Virus record (IMG/VR): IMGVR_UViG_3300031701_000005
Location: 1-38,127 of that record
DNA from: a virus
Taxonomy: Duplodnaviria > Caudoviricetes
Strand: one strand, 5' to 3'
Length of the DNA: 38,127 nt
Shown here: positions 17,660 to 26,634 of the stretch, piece by piece
Layout of the letters: every line of letters starts with the position of its first letter
Numbering within the stretch: position 1 is the first letter of the stretch
The notes under the pieces: generated by a model
What the model was told of the DNA's origin: nothing
Database searches by the model: none
What the model saw: only the letters and a program-made list of their open reading frames with translations
Position numbers and translations under genes: made by a program

Positions 17660-17880
17660 TCCGAGAACTGATCGACTTTGGAAGTTTCAAGCGCGAGGCG
17701 TACACCGCCAAGGGCGGGCGGTATCTCGTATGGTTCACGGGTCGCCTGTGGCGGTGGGCGATCCGAGAATGGCCCGACGACGGGATCGGCCTTCGATCCT
17801 ATGGGTCCGGTGATACCCCGGCCGATGTCATGCGGGCGATCAACGAAGATCACCGAATCAGATCGGGGGGGTTGACGTGA
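17656..17880 (+). CDS. Hypothetical protein (74 aa)
   Basis: ATGA and GTGA coupling to its neighbours. Confidence 0.7.
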   Translation: MIRELIDFGSFKREAYTAKGGRYLVWFTGRLWRWAIREWPDDGIGLRSYGSGDTPADVMRAINEDHRIRSGGLT

Positions 17881-18203
17881 CCGACCCGATCGCCGTCGGG
17901 GCTTGGGCGCGTCTCGGACTCGGGATCGTTCGGGGGCTCGTGACCCTCGACAAGAGGACGCCGCAAGAGCGCCGCCGGGCGTTGGAGCAACGCGCGCAAG
18001 CGCTAGAACAACGCGCGCTAATTCTCTCGGCCGACGCGATCCGACATCGCCAGATCGCAAGGTCCGAGGCCATGACAAAACGCGCGCGGAGATTCCACTG
18101 GCGACGATCGAGGAGGGCCGAACGCAAGCGCGATCGCCTCCTCGGCCGGGCGATGTTTTGGAGGGCCGAGGCGGCCCGGTATCAGCGGAGGTCGCCCCCG
18201 TGA
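17877..18203 (+). CDS. Arg-rich hypothetical protein (108 aa)
   Basis: Coupled overlaps at both ends; hydrophobic N-terminus followed by a very basic helical region. Confidence 0.65.
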   Translation: MTDPIAVGAWARLGLGIVRGLVTLDKRTPQERRRALEQRAQALEQRALILSADAIRHRQIARSEAMTKRARRFHWRRSRRAERKRDRLLGRAMFWRAEAARYQRRSPP

Positions 18204-18319
18204 TCCCGGTCCACCCGATCCAACTCGACGGGATCGATCCGCCGTGGTGGGCGCTCCCCCTTTTTGTGTTTTTGTTTTTGCTTTTTTCAACCGTCGCCGA
18301 ATGGACCAAAAGGAAATGA
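18200..18319 (+). CDS. Small single-TM membrane protein (39 aa)
   Basis: GGAGG then GTG at 18200; WWALPLFVFLFLLFSTVAEWTKRK. Its stop overlaps the endolysin ATG. Confidence 0.6.
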   Translation: MIPVHPIQLDGIDPPWWALPLFVFLFLLFSTVAEWTKRK

Positions 18320-18831
18320 TCAACCTCCACACCCGAGAACCTACCGAGATCGAAACCCTCGACACCTACCTAGTTGCGATGGGGATCGAACACTTCACCG
18401 CCGCCGAACTCTTGACCATGAAGAGGGCGGGGGTCACCGTGCCCGAACCCCCGCGCGAGTGGTGGCCGCGGATCATTCCGACCCTTCGCGCGGCCGAGTG
18501 GTTGCGTGAGAGGATGGGGCACCCCTTGATCGTCGGCAACTGCTACCGCCCCGATCCGTTCAATCGCCAAGTCGGTGGGGCGAGACGGTCCCAACATCTC
18601 TTTTTTCGGGCGATCGATCTAGACCTGCCCAACCGCAAACGGAGCCACGAGAATGAGTCCACGTTCTACTCGGCCGCGGCCGAGTTGTGGATCAGTCACG
18701 GGCGCGAGTTGTCCTTGGGGCTTGGTTTGTATCGCCCCTGGCGAGGGTCACGGGTTCACCTTGACACCGGATTCCGTCGCCGGCATTGGTCGAAAAAATA
18801 CACCGCGCCCCTCTTGGAGTCCTTGCGGTGA
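18316..18831 (+). CDS. Peptidase M15A-family endolysin (Zn peptidoglycan peptidase)
   Basis: LRERMGHPLIVGNCYRP..FNRQVGGARRSQHLFFRAIDL...VHLD (SxH-x6-D...H); AAAGGAA before ATG 18316. Confidence 0.85.
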   Translation: MINLHTREPTEIETLDTYLVAMGIEHFTAAELLTMKRAGVTVPEPPREWWPRIIPTLRAAEWLRERMGHPLIVGNCYRPDPFNRQVGGARRSQHLFFRAIDLDLPNRKRSHENESTFYSAAAELWISHGRELSLGLGLYRPWRGSRVHLDTGFRRRHWSKKYTAPLLESLR

Positions 18832-19445
18832 AAGTCTACGTCGGCCAAACTCGATCCCGAAAGTTGATCGAGGAGTTGGAGGGGTTGGGGTTCGGTGAAT
18901 GTACCCAACGCGGTGAGCTGCCCCCGCGTCGTCGGCCGTGGTTCGCAGATAATGGAGCCTTCCGAGATTGGAAAGCCGATCGCCCTTTCGATCGGGCCAA
19001 ATGGTGGGGCGACGTCCTCCAATACGATCAACACGCCCCGGACTTCGCCGTGGTCCCCGACATGGTGGCCGGGGGGTTGGACTCCCTCGCGTGGAGTCTT
19101 CAGACCGTGCGACCGATGAAGGACGCGACACGGGCGCCGCTGTATCTCGTCGTTCAAGATGGCATGGTCCCGCGAGATATTACTCCTCATCTCCACGATT
19201 TCGCGGGCCTCTTCGTCGGCGGTTCGCTTGAGTGGAAGCTGGAGCACGGGGAACAATGGGTCGAGTTTGCCCACGAGCATCGCAAGCCCTGCCACATCGG
19301 GCGCGTTGGCACAGCGAAGCGCGTGAGGTGGGCAAAGAGGATCGGGGCCGACTCGATCGATTCATGCTTGCCGCTTTTTTCGTCCGAGAACTTGGCGCGG
19401 TTCGTGGCCGCGGTGAACTGTACCCAATTGGAGCTTCCGCTGTGA
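18828..19445 (+). CDS. TGT-fold / DpdA-like (deazaguanine base-exchange-type) protein, 205 aa
   Basis: DNGAF, VVPDMV, VVQDG, LFVGGS..WK, CHIGRV and GADSID are in the motif order of tRNA-guanine-transglycosylase-like phage proteins. Confidence 0.72.
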   Translation: MKVYVGQTRSRKLIEELEGLGFGECTQRGELPPRRRPWFADNGAFRDWKADRPFDRAKWWGDVLQYDQHAPDFAVVPDMVAGGLDSLAWSLQTVRPMKDATRAPLYLVVQDGMVPRDITPHLHDFAGLFVGGSLEWKLEHGEQWVEFAHEHRKPCHIGRVGTAKRVRWAKRIGADSIDSCLPLFSSENLARFVAAVNCTQLELPL

Positions 19446-20899
19446 CCGCGTCGGCCCTTGTGATCTGTTCGGATTGTCTCGCCGGCTTGCGAGACTTGCC
19501 CGACGACTCGGTGGATTCGGTGGTGACCGATCCGCCCTCGGGGATCGCGTTCATGGGCGCGGCGTGGGACAAGGACAAGGGGGGCCGCGACGCGTGGATC
19601 GAGTGGCTTGCCGAGATCATGCGCGAGGTGTGGCGCGTGACCAAGCCGGGCGGGCACGCCCTCGTGTGGGCGCTCCCTCGCACGCAGCATTGGACCGCCA
19701 CGGCGGTGGAGGATGCAGGGTGGGAGGTGCGCGATGTTTTAATGCATGTATTCGGCAGTGGGTTCCCAAAATCAGCATCAGTTCCGATTGGCATCGACAA
19801 AAAACTAGGGGCCATGGGACATCGCGGCAAGGCGCACCACGGACACGCGACCGGCGAAGTGGCGAACGGCCGCGAGAATCTCAACGCGCCCCACGCCATG
19901 CCCGGGCACGATGGAATCACGCCAGAGGCCAAACAATGGGCCGGGTGGGGAACCGCGCTCAAGCCCTCGCATGAGGCGTGGATTCTCGCACGCAAGCCGC
20001 TTGCGGGGACCGTGGCGGCGAACGTGTTAGAGCACGGGACCGGGGCGCTCAACATTGACGGGTGCCGTGTGGGGACCGCGGACAACCTTGGCGGCGGGCG
20101 ATTGAATGGACCGACCGACATGGCCAAGACTTGTGGAGGTGCAGAATGGGACCGCCCGTGGATGCACGACGAAAACAGGCGGGAAGCATACGCGCGCGCG
20201 ACGGCTGAAAAAGTCGCGCGCGCGGAGTCTCTAGGCCGATGGCCCCCGCATCTCCTCCTATCCCACGGTCCCGACTGCGGGGAGACATGCGCGGACGGGT
20301 GCTCGGTCGCGGAGATGGACGCGCAGAGCGGGGTACAAAAGAGCCAGAAGGCAACCAAGCGCCCCGGCGCGGTGGCGTTCTCAAACGGCGACATGGAAGC
20401 GCCCACCCATGATTCTCCGTGCTACACCGACACCGGCGGCGCGTCGCGATTCTTTCCTGTTTTCCGGTACGTCGCAAAACCGAGCACGGCAGAAAAGGGC
20501 GCCGGCCTCGGGCACCGGGCACCGGCGACGGGGGGCGAGGCAACGGGGCGCAAGGACGGATCGGCGGGGTTGGACAACCCCCGCGCCGGGGCCGGTCGCA
20601 ACGGGGGCGCGCTCAACATCCACCCCACGGTTAAGCCTCGGGGGCTAATGGAGTGGTTGGTCAAGTTGATCACCCCGCCCGGGGGCGTGGTCCTCGACCC
20701 GTTCACGGGGTCCGGGTCCACCGGAGTGGCCGCCGTGGGGTTAGGGTTTGATTTTATCGGGTTCGAGATGTCGGCGGATTTCGCCGCGATCGCCCGTGAC
20801 CGGATCGGCCACGCCGTCGCGGGGGTGGAGATCGAGACGGTCGGGATCGAGGACTACGCCCCCAAGCCCGAGGCCACGGGACAAGGGAAATTGTTTTGA
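19442..20899 (+). CDS. N4-C/N6-A DNA methyltransferase, beta class (485 aa)
   Basis: DSVDSVVTDPPS (DPPY variant), GFPK, HPTVKP and VVLDPFTGSGSTG; GTG 19442. Confidence 0.92.
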   Translation: MTASALVICSDCLAGLRDLPDDSVDSVVTDPPSGIAFMGAAWDKDKGGRDAWIEWLAEIMREVWRVTKPGGHALVWALPRTQHWTATAVEDAGWEVRDVLMHVFGSGFPKSASVPIGIDKKLGAMGHRGKAHHGHATGEVANGRENLNAPHAMPGHDGITPEAKQWAGWGTALKPSHEAWILARKPLAGTVAANVLEHGTGALNIDGCRVGTADNLGGGRLNGPTDMAKTCGGAEWDRPWMHDENRREAYARATAEKVARAESLGRWPPHLLLSHGPDCGETCADGCSVAEMDAQSGVQKSQKATKRPGAVAFSNGDMEAPTHDSPCYTDTGGASRFFPVFRYVAKPSTAEKGAGLGHRAPATGGEATGRKDGSAGLDNPRAGAGRNGGALNIHPTVKPRGLMEWLVKLITPPGGVVLDPFTGSGSTGVAAVGLGFDFIGFEMSADFAAIARDRIGHAVAGVEIETVGIEDYAPKPEATGQGKLF

Positions 20900-21306
20900 A
20901 GTTCACGACCGAGATCGACCCCGCCCACTTGAGGATCAACGCGGCTTGGAGGCGAGGCAAGACGCGAGACGGTAAGCCGATCACCTACCTAGCGCCGAGG
21001 TACGCCAAGGCCCGGGCCGTGGTAGCGACGTCGGCGGCCGACGCCTCGGACGGGTGGCAGTTCGTCGGCCCGGTGTCGGTCACGATCGCGATCTATTTTC
21101 GCAAGCTAACTCGAACCGGACCCGCCGACGGTCTCCCATGGGGCGACGTGGACGGGCCGATCAAAGGGATCTTGGACGCCCTCCAACACTCGGGGGTCTT
21201 GGCCGACGACGCGCAAGTCTTGGAGGTCTACGCGATCAAGTTTCGCGACAAGGATCGGCCGAGGATCGAGATCGAGATCACAACTCCGACCCCGGCCCCG
21301 GGTTGA
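20896..21306 (+). CDS. rusA: RusA-family Holliday junction resolvase
   Basis: GPVSVTI, GDVDGPIKGILDAL..GVLADDAQV and PRIEIEI. Confidence 0.88.
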   Translation: MKFTTEIDPAHLRINAAWRRGKTRDGKPITYLAPRYAKARAVVATSAADASDGWQFVGPVSVTIAIYFRKLTRTGPADGLPWGDVDGPIKGILDALQHSGVLADDAQVLEVYAIKFRDKDRPRIEIEITTPTPAPG

Positions 21307-22381
21307 ATTGTTGCGCGCCTTTGCGGCCACGCTCCGAGAATACGGTTCCCCGGTGTTCGGGGTCGTCCACGTTAATGAAATGCGGGATCATTTGTTTTGC
21401 GTCGGTCACCGCCTTAGCCCAACACCGACACGCCACGGGCTCGCCAGGGTAGACCCCGTTCCACCCGTCGTCCCAAGTAAACCGCCGCCCTTGGAGTCGT
21501 CTGTGTGCGGGCCTCACCCGGTTATCTTTCTGAGTCTCCCACACGAATGAATCGATCCCCGCGGCGGTTTGCCTTGCGCGGTTTAGTCCGGCGTTGAGTT
21601 TGGAGATCTGATCGTGGGCGATCATGCGGGCATGGGAGTCCAAAGAATAGAACACGGGTTCGCCGTTGGCCTTGATCCGGCGCGTGGGGATCTTGCCTGG
21701 TACGCCCTTTTTCCTCCACTCGGCGGCCAACCTCTTGGCGAGCTTGTCGGGGTCGCCCTCGCCCAAGACCACCTCGCGGACCACTTGATCGCCGACCGCC
21801 TCGGCGACACCGTCGCGAAGGGTGGAGATATATCGGATGTTCTGATCGACGAATTGATCGGCCAAGATCTCGGGCTCGAAATTGATCCGGGGGATCACCC
21901 GTCGAGGGGCCGCGAGAATACGCCGACCACCCGGGGGCGGCTGAAACACCCGCGCCGTCTTGCCGATCCCTCGTGGCCCGATCGCCTCGGTCGGGCTGAT
22001 CGCCATGGGGGTGATCGAGGTGATCTCCTCCATGCCCAACTCTTCGCCCGGGGCGTCGGTCCCGATCACCTTGGTGCGCATAACGGCCGCGGCGGCAAGG
22101 AAAAACAACCGGCGGTGGTTGGCGTTGATCTGATCGCCCGACTTGCGGGCCTCACGTTCGATCTTGTTGTCGGGTAGGGCGTCGTCGGTGGCGGCCTGTA
22201 GCTTCTCAAGAGACGCCGCGATCCGCCCCCGGTCCTTGGACACGGCCGCGGGTAGGACGTCGGACAAAACAACCGCGAGGGCCGCCCGATTCATCGCCTG
22301 GTATTTCCTCGCGAGGTCGTCCACGAGGCGGACGGGGTCGGGCTGATTCAGCCCCGCGGCGGTTTGGGGTCTAGGTGCCAC
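21278..22381 (-). CDS. Head morphogenesis protein (Mu F / SPP1 gp7-like)
   Basis: ARMIAHDQISKLN...WETQKDNRVRPAH..LQGRRF.W...PGEPVACRC; follows the portal gene. Confidence 0.9.
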   Translation of the reverse strand: MAPRPQTAAGLNQPDPVRLVDDLARKYQAMNRAALAVVLSDVLPAAVSKDRGRIAASLEKLQAATDDALPDNKIEREARKSGDQINANHRRLFFLAAAAVMRTKVIGTDAPGEELGMEEITSITPMAISPTEAIGPRGIGKTARVFQPPPGGRRILAAPRRVIPRINFEPEILADQFVDQNIRYISTLRDGVAEAVGDQVVREVVLGEGDPDKLAKRLAAEWRKKGVPGKIPTRRIKANGEPVFYSLDSHARMIAHDQISKLNAGLNRARQTAAGIDSFVWETQKDNRVRPAHRRLQGRRFTWDDGWNGVYPGEPVACRCWAKAVTDAKQMIPHFINVDDPEHRGTVFSERGRKGAQQFNPGPGSEL

Positions 22382-23678
22382 CCTCGCCCCCGTCGGAGTT
22401 GGGCATCTCGATCGCTTCGATCATACCATCGGACACGAGGCGCGCGCGGATCTCGTCGGCCGAGAGTACCCCGTTCAAAAAGTAGATCTGATCGGCTTGC
22501 GCTTGTCGGAGATAGGTTTGCGATCTTTGATCGGCGGTGGGTTGCCACAAGGGGGGAAATTCGATCGTCCACTCCTCGGGGACGTCCTCGCCCCGGTTAG
22601 ATCGGACGGCCAAAAGGATCTCCATGACTCGGGAAATAACCGGCGCGAGGATCTGTTTTTGTTGACTGGCGACGTGATCGAACCACGCGCGGATCTCCGA
22701 GTCCGACGAGGCGTTAAGGCCCCCGGGTTGTTCACCAAGTAGGATCGTCCGAGGCATGTCCGTAGCTCGCACCAGGGCGTCCACGAACTTGTCGGTTAAC
22801 TCCTTGAGTCCCGAGACGTTGCGCGAAACCTCGGTGTATTCGTCCGCCGAGTCCAAGGCCAAGACGTGGAGGTTGTCCACGCTAAAACGGATCGTTTCGA
22901 GGATCTGTCTCATCTCGGCCTGTGACTGCGCCGACCCGCACAACTGATCGCGGAACCCGTCCAACTTGTAGACCTGGATCGATATGTCGTGCATGATCGA
23001 TCGGCAATATCCCATGACCTCGCCGAGTTGGGCGATCTCGGTGTAGACCCGATCGATCACCGACGGCCCCCACCCGTTCTTTGCGATCATGCGAGTGGGC
23101 GAAACCTTGATCCCGTCGATTCTGATCGTCCTCGACCGATGGACGCGGCGGATCTTGGCCGATCCAAAGGGAACAGTGATGTCGTAGTGTTCGGGGTTTC
23201 GAAACGCCCGCGCCCCGAGTCCGGGGTTATAGCCCGCCGGGAAAACATAAGGGGCCTCGACGACTTGGATCGAACTCAAGCGCGTGGCCGTGTCGAGGTT
23301 GAGTGGTTGATCCATCGGTTGGCCGTCGTTGACCACGAGGATCAAGAGGGCGCCGCCGTAGAGTCGCGACCACCTCCACCCGTCGGCCACGATGTTGAGC
23401 GCGTCCAAGTCCTCGATCTCCGAGTCGATCGATCCAAAGTCGAACCCCGCCGCGTCGGGGCCGGCGACGCGGAACCCCTCGCGGATCGAGTCGTCCACGA
23501 CACGGTCCACAATGCGGGCCGCGAGGGCGTCTTGCTCGTATACGGAATTTAGCTGCTCAACGCCGAGATCGTGGCGGCGGTAATGAAAGCCGGCCGAGGA
23601 CTTATCAGCGGGGGTCGCCAGTCCGGTGATCGCGTTGGCGTAGGAGTCGGCGCGGAATTGTTTCGTTTCGTTTTTCAT
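22371..23678 (-). CDS. Portal protein (DUF1073-like)
   Basis: DSYANAITGL, LAARIVD, WSRLYGGA, MPRTILLGEQPGGLN and FPPLWQ; lies between TerL and Mu F. Confidence 0.88.
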   Translation of the reverse strand: MKNETKQFRADSYANAITGLATPADKSSAGFHYRRHDLGVEQLNSVYEQDALAARIVDRVVDDSIREGFRVAGPDAAGFDFGSIDSEIEDLDALNIVADGWRWSRLYGGALLILVVNDGQPMDQPLNLDTATRLSSIQVVEAPYVFPAGYNPGLGARAFRNPEHYDITVPFGSAKIRRVHRSRTIRIDGIKVSPTRMIAKNGWGPSVIDRVYTEIAQLGEVMGYCRSIMHDISIQVYKLDGFRDQLCGSAQSQAEMRQILETIRFSVDNLHVLALDSADEYTEVSRNVSGLKELTDKFVDALVRATDMPRTILLGEQPGGLNASSDSEIRAWFDHVASQQKQILAPVISRVMEILLAVRSNRGEDVPEEWTIEFPPLWQPTADQRSQTYLRQAQADQIYFLNGVLSADEIRARLVSDGMIEAIEMPNSDGGEGGT

Positions 23679-23682
23679 GGCG

Positions 23683-24993
23683 TCACATGTAGGCCCGGAG
23701 AGGTCCGGCCCGTTTTTCGGAAAGGGCGAGATCGTGGATCGCCCACACGAGGGCGTCCAAGCGGTCGGGAGACTTGCGGGAGTGGACCGGATCCCACTGG
23801 GTCAACTGATCCTCAAGTTTGCGAAACTCGCCGACGTGGTGGATCAACCCGCGTTCGGCAAGGGCTGAGACGGGTTCGGCCCGGGTCACTTTTCCACGCG
23901 AGGCGCGGACGGCCCGGACGTTGGCCCGAGGGTCCACCGCGCGGATCGTTGAGGTCACGAGGTCGCCCCCATTGTTGACCTCGGCCACGATTGAATCAGC
24001 GCTGTGGCGGATACTACAAGCCACCGCCGCGCGTGCCCACTCGACCGGCGCCCCTTTCATGGTCCGATCTTCCAAGATATAACAGTGGCCGAGGTTATCG
24101 ATCCCGGCGACTATGATCCCCGTCTCGTCACTGTCCTCGTGGGCGGTCACCGCCGGATCGACGGCGACCACGACGCGGACAAGATCGGCGGGGGCCTTGT
24201 TCACGCGGTAAGCCTCGATCGTTTCAAGCGACCATAGGGCGCGCTCGTTTGTTGGGAGATAATCCCCCTCTAACTCTTGGCGACCGATCCGCGTGCCCGC
24301 GTAGTGTTCGCGGAACATGTCGCGGACGGACTCGGGCAAAAAAGGATTGTCGAAAGTCGAGGCGCGGGACACAACCGATCCCGGTTTTTCCTCCAACTCT
24401 TTTAGATCGGACGAGGGGACGGGGGTGGTTGTTAGCATCGATCGGGCGACGCCGACACGGATCGCCGGTTCGATCACCGCCCACCACGTCTTCGAAAAGT
24501 CGGGCCAGTGAGCGGGCTCGTCCGCCCACACCCACGCGAAGTTCGGCCCGCGGATCGACTCGGGCTTGTCGGCCGAGTAGATCCTCGCCCTCACCTTGTT
24601 GGGCCAAATTAAAAGGCCGTTCCCCGGTTCCCACGTTGGGATGAAATCGGGCGGCGCCGTGGCGAGGATCCCCGAGGGGCCTTCAACCATTGTGAATCGT
24701 GCATCCGAGTGAGTCCGGGCGATCAAACCGATCTCGCCGGTCTTGATGTTGCGTCTGTGCCTCGCGACCTCGTGGGTGGTCCTCGCGCCGGTGTAGGTTT
24801 TCCCCGTGCCTCGGCCCGCGCGAAACACCCACCGCCGCCACTCGCCGGGGGGTTGGCGTTGGTAGGGTAGACACCACGAATCCCAATCCGACAATAGGGT
24901 GATCATCTCCTCGATCGTCAAGACCTCCAACATCCGATCGACCTTGGCTTGGGTGATCGGTTTAAGTTGTTCGATGATCGCGGGCAAGTTCAC
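23683..24993 (-). CDS. terL: Terminase large subunit
   Basis: AGRGTGKT, RGPNF..VWADE, TTTP, STFDNPFL, VAVDPA, DETGI and SPDRLDA. Likely start is GTG 24993 behind GGAGGA. Confidence 0.95.
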   Translation of the reverse strand: MNLPAIIEQLKPITQAKVDRMLEVLTIEEMITLLSDWDSWCLPYQRQPPGEWRRWVFRAGRGTGKTYTGARTTHEVARHRRNIKTGEIGLIARTHSDARFTMVEGPSGILATAPPDFIPTWEPGNGLLIWPNKVRARIYSADKPESIRGPNFAWVWADEPAHWPDFSKTWWAVIEPAIRVGVARSMLTTTPVPSSDLKELEEKPGSVVSRASTFDNPFLPESVRDMFREHYAGTRIGRQELEGDYLPTNERALWSLETIEAYRVNKAPADLVRVVVAVDPAVTAHEDSDETGIIVAGIDNLGHCYILEDRTMKGAPVEWARAAVACSIRHSADSIVAEVNNGGDLVTSTIRAVDPRANVRAVRASRGKVTRAEPVSALAERGLIHHVGEFRKLEDQLTQWDPVHSRKSPDRLDALVWAIHDLALSEKRAGPLRAYM

Positions 24994-25000
24994 GGTGGGG

Positions 25001-25435
25001 TTAGTCCTCCACAAATTCGGCGAGCTTGTCGGCGAGTTGTGCAAGAAGGTCATTCTTAATTGTCTCGCCCGTTTCGTCGTCGATCTTCGCGTTGGGGTTT
25101 TTGGAGTAGAGTTTGTTCCACCGTCGCTCTAAAAACCACATCTTGCACTTTGGATCCTCGGCCTCGATCACGTCGTGGAGGAGGCGTTGGTGTGCCTTGG
25201 CCTCGGCCTCCTCGATCGCGTCAATGAATCGACAATAGATTGACCCCTCCAACTCGCCGGACTCCCGGAGTTTTCGATCGCGCTTTCCTTTTTCGACCCA
25301 AGAAAAGAACGTCCGCGCACTGATCCCGAGTCGTTGGTGTGCGACGTATCGAAAATTTCCACGCTCCAACACGCCCACGATCTTGGCGATCTTGGCGTCG
25401 TCGAGGGTGAGAAGTTTCCCGGGTTTTTTAGACAT
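25001..25435 (-). CDS. terS: Terminase small subunit
   Basis: HTH-like LGISARTFFSW, IEEAEAKA and WFLERR; immediately upstream of TerL. Confidence 0.8.
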   Translation of the reverse strand: MSKKPGKLLTLDDAKIAKIVGVLERGNFRYVAHQRLGISARTFFSWVEKGKRDRKLRESGELEGSIYCRFIDAIEEAEAKAHQRLLHDVIEAEDPKCKMWFLERRWNKLYSKNPNAKIDDETGETIKNDLLAQLADKLAEFVED

Positions 25436-26630
25436 CGAAAACCCCCAAGGTGGTGATCTGGCAAGACGAAACCTTAACCCCGGATCCGGGTGTTGTCCCA
25501 ACGCTTGCAAATTGGATCGTCGCCACGATGTCGGCCGGGCTCGGGCTCGTGACTTGGGAAAAAACTAACCGACCGCTGATCGTCTTGGCGCCCGTCGTGA
25601 ACGCGGGTGAGAGTCCCGACACCGGGGGGAACAACACCTCGTCCTCGAAAGGGGCGACGACGTCAAGTGTGAATCGAACGTACCCCCGATCGGCGGGGCC
25701 GGGGGCGGGTGCTGGATCGGGCGCGATCTGGCATGACCATTCCACGGCGTAGACTCCTACGGGGATCTCCTTGGGGATCGTCAAGGTCGCCGCGGTGACC
25801 GCTGCATTTGAGACGGTCGCGACCGGACCCGATACAAGGACTTGGAAAAACTCCACCCCCTCGGGGGTCGCCCACGCGCGGAGTTTGCCCGGGCCGGTCT
25901 TGCCCGGCGCCCCGAGATCGTCCTGGTATTCGATCCCGCCGCGTCGATCAAAGGCCGCCGCCGGTTCGTCGGGGCGCCGCCACACGTCCCCCGCCGCCGG
26001 GGCCGTGGGTTCGTCGGTGGCCTGCAACGCGGCGAGGCCCCTCGCCGGCGTCGTGGCGTTGAATTCAAGATCGAGGACTGGACCCCCGGCCACTTGGCCC
26101 TCGCCCTTGAGGGCGGCGCCTGTGGCCCCTGCGAAGACGCGGGCGGTGACCGCGACGCCGGACCCTCGAACCTGCCCGATCAATCCGTCGCAAGTGTCGA
26201 AGACATCCGCGGACATCCCGACCCCGCCGCCCGAGGCGATCGCCGCCACACCTACGCCGCCCGAGCTATTGGTCCCCAAGATCGTGGTGGCCGTCGCGCC
26301 CGAGTTTTCCACTGCGACGATCGCCGACGTCGTGGCCGCGGTGTTCCCGGCGTTGATCGTGGCGATCGAGGCCGTCCCGGTGGCGTCGGTTTCGATCAGG
26401 TGGGCGTCCAAGTCGGCGGCGTTTGTTCCTTGGCTCACCCAATCCGACACCCAAGCGCCCGAGATGTTGAAAAGATAATTCACGGCCTCGGCGTCCACCC
26501 CTTGGCCGGGTATAAATCCTTGGGCCGCCGCGGCGGCGTCCGCGATCTTAGTGTTGAAGCCCGAGGCCGGGCCGGATCCAAAGTTCAGATCGGTTGCGTG
26601 GGTGTAGGTTGTTCCTGGTTTGGTTGGCAT
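25428..26630 (-). CDS. Tail fibre protein (400 aa)
   Basis: Follows the baseplate wedge genes. N-terminal GFIPGQGVDAEAVNYLFN attachment motif, then G/A/T-rich repeats. Confidence 0.75.
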   Translation of the reverse strand: MPTKPGTTYTHATDLNFGSGPASGFNTKIADAAAAAQGFIPGQGVDAEAVNYLFNISGAWVSDWVSQGTNAADLDAHLIETDATGTASIATINAGNTAATTSAIVAVENSGATATTILGTNSSGGVGVAAIASGGGVGMSADVFDTCDGLIGQVRGSGVAVTARVFAGATGAALKGEGQVAGGPVLDLEFNATTPARGLAALQATDEPTAPAAGDVWRRPDEPAAAFDRRGGIEYQDDLGAPGKTGPGKLRAWATPEGVEFFQVLVSGPVATVSNAAVTAATLTIPKEIPVGVYAVEWSCQIAPDPAPAPGPADRGYVRFTLDVVAPFEDEVLFPPVSGLSPAFTTGAKTISGRLVFSQVTSPSPADIVATIQFASVGTTPGSGVKVSSCQITTLGVFDV

Positions 26631-26634
26631 GATG

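Noticed and set aside
9350-20406. Long alternative-frame or antisense ORFs (9350-10603, 9597-10505, 16291-17244, 17311-18330, 19180-20406)
   Set aside because: They show no motifs or RBS and are explained by stop-codon scarcity opposite or within real genes.
22371-23678. DUF1073 protein as an anti-CBASS Acb1 (a label sometimes given to this family)
   Set aside because: Its position between TerL and Mu F and its length indicate a portal. No 2H-phosphoesterase domain with paired HxT motifs is evident.
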